Assembly: GCA_023381695.1 (NCBI GenBank)
Contig: JAMCQP010000083.1
Location: 5,165-69,164, forward strand
Origin: Bacillota bacterium
GTDB taxonomy: Bacteria > Bacillota > UBA5301 > JAMCQP01
Reading direction: 5' to 3'
Length of the DNA stretch: 64,000 bases
A program made the position numbers and the translations under genes. Under the pieces are notes generated by a model that saw nothing but the letters and a program-made list of their open reading frames with translations, made no database searches and was not told the DNA's origin. Within the stretch, counting starts at the first letter, position 1; the number at the start of each line of letters is the position of its first letter. Positions 57,489 to 64,000 of this stretch are shown here, piece by piece.

Positions 57489-58517
57489 ATGAACCGGTCC
57501 CGATTAAGGTTTGTGGTTGGAGGGGTTCTCCTGCTGGCGCTTCCGTTTTTGCTGAGCGGGCGCGGCTACCTGGTTTATCTGGTGGATCTGGCCGGGGTTT
57601 ATGTGGTGTTGACCCTGGGACTCAACATTCTTACGGGGTATGCCGGGCAGATCTCCATCGGGCACGCGGCCTTCATGGCCATCGGGGCCTACACCTCCGC
57701 CTTGTTGACCCTGAAGCTGGGGGCGCCTTTCTGGCTGGCAATGCCTGTAGCCGGTCTAATCGCCGCGGCGGTGGGCGGTTTTCTCGGAATCACGGCCTTG
57801 CGCCTATCCGGGCATTATCTGGCCATTGCCACGCTGGGCTTCGGGGTGGCCATCTCCCAACTGGCGGCCGCCTGGGAGCCGGTTACCGGCGGGTTTCAAG
57901 GATTGAAGCCTCCAAAACCGTCGCTCTTCGGGATTTTGTTTAACAACGAGATAAAGTATTACTACCTGGAACTGGCGGTGGTGGTCCTTTTGGTCTGGCT
58001 GGCGGTAAATCTCCTGCGCACGCGCGCCGGCCGGGCTTTCATGGCCACCCGCGATAGTGAGATTGCGGCTCAGGCCATGGGTATCTCGCTGCCTGAATTC
58101 AAGACGGCGGCCTTTGCCACCAGCGCCTTTTACGCCGGGGTGGCGGGAAGTCTTTACGGCCATCTGGTGGGATTCATCAGCCCGTTTGATTTCAACCTGT
58201 CGGTCTCGCTCATGCTGCTGGCCGCCATTGTGGTGGGGGGCCTGGGCTCCATCGAGGGTTCGGTGTTTGGGGGAATCTTCATCACCCTTCTGCCGCAACT
58301 CTTCAGCCGGGTGAAGAACCTGCCGTCGGTCCTGACCGGGGTGGTCCTGATTCTGGTGGTGCTCTTTTTGCCATCCGGCCTGGCGGATCTGGTGAGGCGG
58401 GTTAAACTCAGGATAATCGCCAGGGCAGGTACGGGTGCAGGTCCAGGCGCAGGTGTCGCCGCAGGCACGAGCGCGGGTGCAGGAGGTGAGGGGCTGGATG
58501 TCTCTGCTGGCGATTGA
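57489..58517 (+). CDS. Liv-type ABC permease (LivM-like), second system
   Basis: GLNILTGYAGQISIGHAAF, RLSGHYLAIATL, RDSEIAAQAMGI. Confidence 0.92.
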   Translation: MNRSRLRFVVGGVLLLALPFLLSGRGYLVYLVDLAGVYVVLTLGLNILTGYAGQISIGHAAFMAIGAYTSALLTLKLGAPFWLAMPVAGLIAAAVGGFLGITALRLSGHYLAIATLGFGVAISQLAAAWEPVTGGFQGLKPPKPSLFGILFNNEIKYYYLELAVVVLLVWLAVNLLRTRAGRAFMATRDSEIAAQAMGISLPEFKTAAFATSAFYAGVAGSLYGHLVGFISPFDFNLSVSLMLLAAIVVGGLGSIEGSVFGGIFITLLPQLFSRVKNLPSVLTGVVLILVVLFLPSGLADLVRRVKLRIIARAGTGAGPGAGVAAGTSAGAGGEGLDVSAGD

Positions 58518-59331
58518 AGGGCTGACGGTCAAATTTGGAGGGCTGGTGGCCGTCAACGACCTGTCCCTGGCGGTGGAACAGGGCGCCATCCACGGGTTGA
58601 TCGGCCCCAACGGCGCGGGCAAAAGCACGGTCTTCAACTGTATCAGCCGGTTTTACAAGCCGTCTGCGGGTACGATGCATTTTGACGGCCGGAATCTGGC
58701 AGGTCTCGAACCCCACCAGATTATCGGCCTGGGGATCGCCCGGACCTTTCAGAATGTGGAGCTGTTCCGCAGGCTGACCGTCCTGGATAACCTCCTGATT
58801 GGCTTGCACAGCCGAACCGGAGGGGGTGTGGTCTCCGGGGCCTTCCTCCTGCCAGGGGTTCGCCGGGAGGAACGGCAGGCTCGCGCTCGGGCCATGGAGG
58901 TTCTGGATTTTCTGGGAATCGGGCATCTAGCCAACCAGTCGGCGGCGGGCTTGCCCTACGGGCAGCAGAAGCTGGTGGAGCTTGGACGCGCCCTGGTCTC
59001 CCAGCCAAAGCTATTGCTCCTGGATGAACCGGCGGCGGGAATGAACAACCAGGAGACCGCTGAACTGGGCGGCCTCATCCGCCAGATCCGGCAGTCTTTC
59101 GGGGCCACGGTACTGCTGGTTGAGCACGACATGTCCCTGGTCATGAGCCTCTGCGAGCAGATTACCGTGGTGAACTTCGGCAGGAAGATTGCCGAGGGAA
59201 GACCGCGCGAAATCCAGCAAAACCAGGCGGTCATTGAGGCTTATCTGGGGGAGGAAGCCGGTCCCGGAGAGGCCCATTTCAGGGATGCCCAAGGGGAGGA
59301 CCGGCCTGAGAGGGGGGCTCAGCGTGCTTAA
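58498..59331 (+). CDS. Liv-type ABC ATP-binding protein (LivG-like), second system
   Basis: GPNGAGKST, LPYGQQK, LLDEPAAG. Confidence 0.93.
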   Translation: MSLLAIEGLTVKFGGLVAVNDLSLAVEQGAIHGLIGPNGAGKSTVFNCISRFYKPSAGTMHFDGRNLAGLEPHQIIGLGIARTFQNVELFRRLTVLDNLLIGLHSRTGGGVVSGAFLLPGVRREERQARARAMEVLDFLGIGHLANQSAAGLPYGQQKLVELGRALVSQPKLLLLDEPAAGMNNQETAELGGLIRQIRQSFGATVLLVEHDMSLVMSLCEQITVVNFGRKIAEGRPREIQQNQAVIEAYLGEEAGPGEAHFRDAQGEDRPERGAQRA

Positions 59332-60058
59332 GCTCACCGGCATCCACGTTTATTACGGCAGGGTCCACGCCTTGAAAGGCATCTCCCTTGATGTCCGGCA
59401 GGGCTCAACCGTAGCGCTTCTGGGCGCCAACGGCGCGGGCAAGACCACCACCCTCCGGACCGTGTCGGGACTCCTTTCCCCGCGCTCAGGGGCTGTCGAA
59501 TTTCTGGGCCGGCGGATCGACGGCCGGCCCGCGGAAGAGATTGTGCGCCGGGGGATCGTGCAATCGCCGGAGGGACGCCAGGTCTTCCCGGAGCTTACGG
59601 TGGCGGAAAACCTCCGGATTGGCGCTTACACGCGGCGGGATCGCGCGGGAATCAGGCAGGACCTGGAGCGGGTCTATCAGTACTTCCCGGTTCTGGCGCA
59701 ACGGGCGTCCCAGACCGCCGGAACGCTCAGCGGCGGCGAACAGCAGATGCTGGCCATCGCCCGGGCCTTGATGGGAGCCCCCCGGTTGCTTCTTCTGGAT
59801 GAGCCTTCCCTGGGCCTGGCGCCGCTGGTTACCCGGGAGATCTTTCAAATTATCAAAGCGATCAACGCCGGGGGAATGACCGTCCTTTTAGTGGAACAGA
59901 ACGCCCGGCAAGCCCTGGCTATCGCCGATTATGCCTATATCCTTGAGACCGGCAAGGTTGTTCTTGCCGGTAAGGGTACGGATCTGATGAATAACGAGGA
60001 GGTGAGGCGGTCGTACCTGGGGGAACGGGCCGGAAGCGCGGCATCCGGGAATGGCTGA
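59324..60058 (+). CDS. Liv-type ABC ATP-binding protein (LivF-like), second system
   Basis: GANGAGKTT, LSGGEQQMLAIARA, LLDEPSLGLAP. Confidence 0.93.
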   Translation: MLKLTGIHVYYGRVHALKGISLDVRQGSTVALLGANGAGKTTTLRTVSGLLSPRSGAVEFLGRRIDGRPAEEIVRRGIVQSPEGRQVFPELTVAENLRIGAYTRRDRAGIRQDLERVYQYFPVLAQRASQTAGTLSGGEQQMLAIARALMGAPRLLLLDEPSLGLAPLVTREIFQIIKAINAGGMTVLLVEQNARQALAIADYAYILETGKVVLAGKGTDLMNNEEVRRSYLGERAGSAASGNG

Positions 60059-60090
60059 GAAGATCGCTTAATCAGATGGGAGGAAAGAGC

Positions 60091-61320
60091 ATGTTTTCAA
60101 GATCATCGCGTCGTAATGGATTGCGTCGGGTGCTTCTGGCCTGCCTGGCAGGAATTTTCGTCCTGGCCTTGGGGGTTATGCCGGGCGCTGACGCTATTAC
60201 CGGGGGTCTGGCGGCGGCCAGGACACCGGGGGTTACCGATGACACCATCCTGATCGGGACCTTTCAGGCCCTCTCCGGCCCGGCGGCGCCGATTGGCGTC
60301 GGCGTCAAGAAGGGCCTGGAATCCTACCTCAATTATGTCAATGAGCAGGGTGGCGTCCATGGCCGCAAGATCAAGTTGATTGTGGAAGATGACGGTTTTC
60401 AGCCCTCCCGTACCGTGGCCGCGGTAAAGAAGATGGTGGAGCAGGATGGGATCTTTGCCATCGTGGGCGGTCTTGGCACGCCGACGGGCCTGGCCGTGAT
60501 GGATTATGTCCTGGAGAAGCAGGTGCCGTTTGTCTATCAGGGCAGCGGCGCCAGCGTGTGGGCCGATCCACCCAAGAAGTACTATTTCCCCGTGCAGCCC
60601 AACTACACCAATGAAGGCGCTCTCCTGGCCCAGTATGCGGTAAAAGAGCTCAAGGCCAGGAAGATCGCCGTGATCTATCAAAACGACGATATCGGCAAGG
60701 AAGGGCTGGCCGGGATGACCAGGCAACTCAAAAAGTTGGGCCGCGCGGTGGACCTGGCGGTGGGTTTTGCCCCAAGCGAGATGGATTTCAGTTCCTATGT
60801 GCTGAAGTTGCAGGCCGCCAACCCCGACGTGGTCATTCTGTACTGCCTGGCCAAGCCGGCGGCGGCTGTTGTCAAGGAGTCCCAGAAGATGGGCTTTGCG
60901 CCCCAGTTCCTGACCACCTATCCCAACGCGGACCTGGCGATGTTCAACCTGGCGGGGCCGGCGTGGAACGGGGTCATCATTCCGGGTTGGGTGCCCATCC
61001 TGGACGAGAAGGATCCAGATGCCAGGAAGTTCCTCGGCATCTTCAACAAGTACTACCCGAAGGAGCTCCCCAGCGGCTATGTGGCTGCCGGGTTCATCGC
61101 CGGCGAGATCTTTGTCGAGGGCCTCAAACGGGCCGGCAAGGACCTGACCCGGGACAAGCTCATCGCGGCCCTGGAGACGCTCAACAGTTGGGATGGCATC
61201 ATGGCCAAGGATATCACCTATGGGCCCAATGAGCGGTCTGGGAAGACCTCCATGTACTTTCTGAAGGGCGAGAATAATAACTACGTGACTATCTCCGGGT
61301 GGATCAAGCTGGGCAATTGA
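60091..61320 (+). CDS. Liv-type ABC substrate-binding protein, second system
   Basis: Signal peptide; PGVTDDTILIG...ALSGPAA, VNEQGGVHGRKIKL. Confidence 0.92.
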   Translation: MFSRSSRRNGLRRVLLACLAGIFVLALGVMPGADAITGGLAAARTPGVTDDTILIGTFQALSGPAAPIGVGVKKGLESYLNYVNEQGGVHGRKIKLIVEDDGFQPSRTVAAVKKMVEQDGIFAIVGGLGTPTGLAVMDYVLEKQVPFVYQGSGASVWADPPKKYYFPVQPNYTNEGALLAQYAVKELKARKIAVIYQNDDIGKEGLAGMTRQLKKLGRAVDLAVGFAPSEMDFSSYVLKLQAANPDVVILYCLAKPAAAVVKESQKMGFAPQFLTTYPNADLAMFNLAGPAWNGVIIPGWVPILDEKDPDARKFLGIFNKYYPKELPSGYVAAGFIAGEIFVEGLKRAGKDLTRDKLIAALETLNSWDGIMAKDITYGPNERSGKTSMYFLKGENNNYVTISGWIKLGN

Positions 61321-61350
61321 CACTCCGCACGGCTGAAGCCGTGGGATTCT
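61317..61350 (+). mobile_element. Isolated IS200/IS605-family end hairpin (remnant)
   Basis: TTGAC-ACTCCGCACGGCTGAAGCCGTGGGATTCT resembles IS605/IS1341-type subterminal hairpins; no tnpA/tnpB adjacent. Confidence 0.55.
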
Positions 61351-61372
61351 TGGGGCAATAGGGGGCGGTTTC

Positions 61373-62557
61373 ATGCGGGAAGTTGTAATTGCGGGAGCGG
61401 CGCGGACCGCTATCGGCAACTTTGGGGGCAGCCTGAGCACGATTCCGGTCACCCAACTGGGGGCGGCCGTGATCAAAGAGGCCGTGAAGCGGGCCAAGGT
61501 GGGGCCAGGCGCTGTGGACGAAGTAATCATGGGCAACGTTTTGCAGGCCGGCCTGGGTCAAAATCCCACCCGGCAGGCGGCGATGGCCGCGGGCCTGCCC
61601 CAGGAGGTCCCATCATACACCGTCAATAAGGTATGCGGTTCTGGGTTAAAGTCGGTGGTGCTTGGGGCCCAGGCCATTCTGCTGGGCGACGCCGAGGTGG
61701 TGGTGGCCGGCGGCATGGAGAGCATGAGCCGGGCGTCGTACCTTCTGGAGGAGGCCCGGACCGGTTACCGGATGGGTGACGGCAAAATGGTGGACTCCAT
61801 GCTCCGGGACGGGCTGATCGATGCCTTTGATAACGTCCACATGGGGGTTACCGCGGAGAACATCGCCGAACAGTACGGTCTCACCCGCCAGATGCAGGAC
61901 GAGTTTGCCGCCTGGAGCCAGCAGAAGGCCGAGAAGGCCATCAAAGAAGGCAAATTTGTGGAGGAGATCGTGCCGGTGGAGATTCCCCAGCGCAAGGGGG
62001 ATCCAGTGATCTTCACGCAGGATGAGTTTCCACGGCCGGGGACCACGATGGAGAGCCTGGCCAGGCTCAAACCGGCTTTCAAGAAGGATGGCACGGTAAC
62101 CGCCGGAAACGCCTCCGGAATTAACGATGGGGCGGCGGCGGTGGTGCTGATGACCGCCAGGAAGGCTGCTGAGTTGGGGATGGAACCCCTGGCCACCATC
62201 AAGTCCTGGGGGGCCGCCGGCGTGGATCCCAAGATTATGGGGATCGGGCCGGTTCCGGCCACCCGCAAGGCGCTGGAACGGGCTGGATTAAAGGTGGGCG
62301 ACCTCGAACTCATCGAGGCCAACGAGGCGTTTGCGGCCCAGTCGCTGGCGGTGGCCAAGGACCTGGGGCTTGACCGGGCCAAGGTTAATGTCAACGGTGG
62401 CGCGATTGCTCTGGGGCATCCCATTGGAGCCAGCGGCGCCCGGATCCTGATTACCCTGTTGTACGAGATGAAGCGCCGTAATGCCAAAAAAGGCCTGGCC
62501 ACCCTGTGCATCGGCGGCGGGCAAGGGATTGCCGTGATCGTGGAGCGTAACAGATAA
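61373..62557 (+). CDS. Acetyl-CoA C-acetyltransferase (thiolase)
   Basis: [20 protein letters not shown] and CIGGG motifs. Confidence 0.96.
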   Translation: MREVVIAGAARTAIGNFGGSLSTIPVTQLGAAVIKEAVKRAKVGPGAVDEVIMGNVLQAGLGQNPTRQAAMAAGLPQEVPSYTVNKVCGSGLKSVVLGAQAILLGDAEVVVAGGMESMSRASYLLEEARTGYRMGDGKMVDSMLRDGLIDAFDNVHMGVTAENIAEQYGLTRQMQDEFAAWSQQKAEKAIKEGKFVEEIVPVEIPQRKGDPVIFTQDEFPRPGTTMESLARLKPAFKKDGTVTAGNASGINDGAAAVVLMTARKAAELGMEPLATIKSWGAAGVDPKIMGIGPVPATRKALERAGLKVGDLELIEANEAFAAQSLAVAKDLGLDRAKVNVNGGAIALGHPIGASGARILITLLYEMKRRNAKKGLATLCIGGGQGIAVIVERNR

Positions 62558-62679
62558 GATAGCGGTATAAGTAATCGATGGCCAGGGCCTGCCCCCATCT
62601 GGGTGGGCCTTGAAAGTATACTCGCCCGCGGCCTGGCAAAGACTAACCCAGACGAGAGGTCGGTCGGGGAGGGACTCCG

Positions 62680-63414
62680 GTGGCGGAACATACGCTGGTG
62701 GTCGTTTACGGAGCGGCGGCGGGTTTTTCGCTCTTTTTCGGCAGCCTGTTGGCTCTGACGGTGGAGATGACCAGGAGGACCCTGGCGGCAATCCTGGCTT
62801 TCGGAGCCGGGGTGCTGATCAGCAGCCTGACATTTGGGTTGATGGAAGAAGCGTTCAAGCATGGCGGGTTCGATGCGGCCATTATCGGCCTGGCGGCCGG
62901 GGCCTTGCTTTACTACGGGATGCACCAATTTTTGAGCCACCATCCCGGGCACAAGGGCTCCCATGCTCACGGGAAGGATTCCGGCAAAAATACGGGCACG
63001 GCCATCGTCCTGGGAGCGCTTTTGGACGGGCTTCCCGAACAATTTGCCATTGGTTTTGGCATCAAAGTCGGTTCAAACCTGGGGTTGCTGGTAATGGCGG
63101 CGGTCCTCCTCAGCAACCTTCCGGAATCCATCGCCGCCACCAAGAACCTGGTTGGCAACGCGTCCCCCTTTGTGCTCATCAGGCTCTGGCTTTTGATCGG
63201 GGCCATCTCCACGCTGGCCACGCTGGCCGGCTATTCATTTGCGGAGATTATCCCCGGGGATCTTCTGGGCGGCGTGATGGCATTCGCCGCGGGGGCGGTG
63301 CTGGCCATGATCTCGGATACCATGCTGCCGGAGGCTTTTGCGGATGCCGGGCGCCTGGTATCGCTGGCCACCGTGGCCGGGTTTTTGACCTCATTTATCA
63401 TCTCGCGGTTGTAG
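62680..63414 (+). CDS. ZIP family metal transporter
   Basis: AFGAGVL, His-rich loop (HHPGHKGSHAH), LDGLPE, LSNLPE, MLPEAF. Confidence 0.88.
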   Translation: MAEHTLVVVYGAAAGFSLFFGSLLALTVEMTRRTLAAILAFGAGVLISSLTFGLMEEAFKHGGFDAAIIGLAAGALLYYGMHQFLSHHPGHKGSHAHGKDSGKNTGTAIVLGALLDGLPEQFAIGFGIKVGSNLGLLVMAAVLLSNLPESIAATKNLVGNASPFVLIRLWLLIGAISTLATLAGYSFAEIIPGDLLGGVMAFAAGAVLAMISDTMLPEAFADAGRLVSLATVAGFLTSFIISRL

Positions 63415-63459
63415 GAGCCAGCCCATGGCAACTTCTCAGGTGAAAAGGAGGTGCATCAG

Positions 63460-63675
63460 GTGCATAAACAGGAGAGCACCCTCAAGGTGGAGGGGATGAC
63501 CTGTGGCCACTGCGCGGGAACCGTGGAAAAGGCGGTCAAGAGCCTCAAAGGCGTGGAAAAAGCTTCCGTGGATCTGGCCGGGGGTTCGTTGCAGGTTGCG
63601 TATGACGCCGACCAGGTGGGGATCCCCGACTTCAAGCGAGCGGTGGAAGAGGCCGGGTATGAGGTGGTTGGGTAG
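63460..63675 (+). CDS. copZ: Copper chaperone / HMA-domain protein
   Basis: VEGMTCGHC and AVEEAGY; GTG after AGGAGGTG. Confidence 0.9.
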   Translation: MHKQESTLKVEGMTCGHCAGTVEKAVKSLKGVEKASVDLAGGSLQVAYDADQVGIPDFKRAVEEAGYEVVG

Positions 63676-63720
63676 AAAACCGCCGTAAGTCCACAGGCTG
63701 ATAAATTCCCAGGGCTTTGG

Positions 63721-63782
63721 AAGGTCCCCGTTGGCGCAGCGCTGGCCCGATCAGGTGCGGGCGCTCAACCGGGGACTTTTTT
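63721..63782 (+). terminator. Probable intrinsic terminator
   Basis: AAGGTCCCCG-TTG...CAAC-CGGGGACTTTTTT. Confidence 0.55.
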
Positions 63783-63900
63783 GATGTACTGTCAGCAGGA
63801 GTTTGACCGCCGGCTGGTGAATGAAAGAAGAAGATCGAGGATCTTGAGCGAAAAGCGATTGGCGCAGGTTTAGATGGCGCGGTTAAACTGGGTGGGGTAA

Positions 63901-64000
63901 ATGCAGGCTTTTATTGGCGCCCTGAAAAAGACGCTGGTTGGCACCTGGGAGAATCTCTGGGAGTTGATTCTGGTCAACCTGCTCTGGCTGCTCTCCACCA
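63901..64000 (+). CDS. Partial membrane protein (possibly DUF624/YesL-like), runs off window
   Basis: MQAFIGALKKTLVGTWENLWELILVNLLWLLST, with a GGTGGGG RBS. Confidence 0.5.
   Translation, partial: MQAFIGALKKTLVGTWENLWELILVNLLWLLST

Overview
A GC-rich chromosomal window from what looks like a spore-forming, outer-membrane-bearing (diderm) Bacillota bacterium. Evidence for this: Gram-positive-type LexA boxes, a YIEGIA/seaA sporulation gene pair, sigmaF- and sigmaG-like promoters, a TolC gene, and solute-binding proteins without lipoboxes. No rRNA, tRNA, CRISPR array or intact mobile element was recognised. The left half holds: an S8 protease; an SOS-boxed, C-terminally short DnaE; MATE, sfsA and seaA; a TolC-MacA-MacB operon with no ATPase gene; modBC-mobAB; two decayed toxin-antitoxin remnants; and a large amylopullulanase split by a G8 homopolymer frameshift. 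The right half holds a sigma54-controlled permease/CoA-transferase unit and a ~24 kb locus (38.3-62.6 kb). That locus combines a MalT/BTAD activator, two Liv-type ABC importers, a secreted alpha/beta hydrolase with its own degenerate parvulin chaperone, three cytoplasmic alpha/beta hydrolases (one resembling Bacillus PhaZ), an atypical FabH-like enzyme, an NAD-type SDR, a CoA transferase and a thiolase. My main hypothesis (inference) is that it is a complete extracellular polyhydroxybutyrate/polyester utilisation locus. All family calls come from motif recognition by eye, not database searches.
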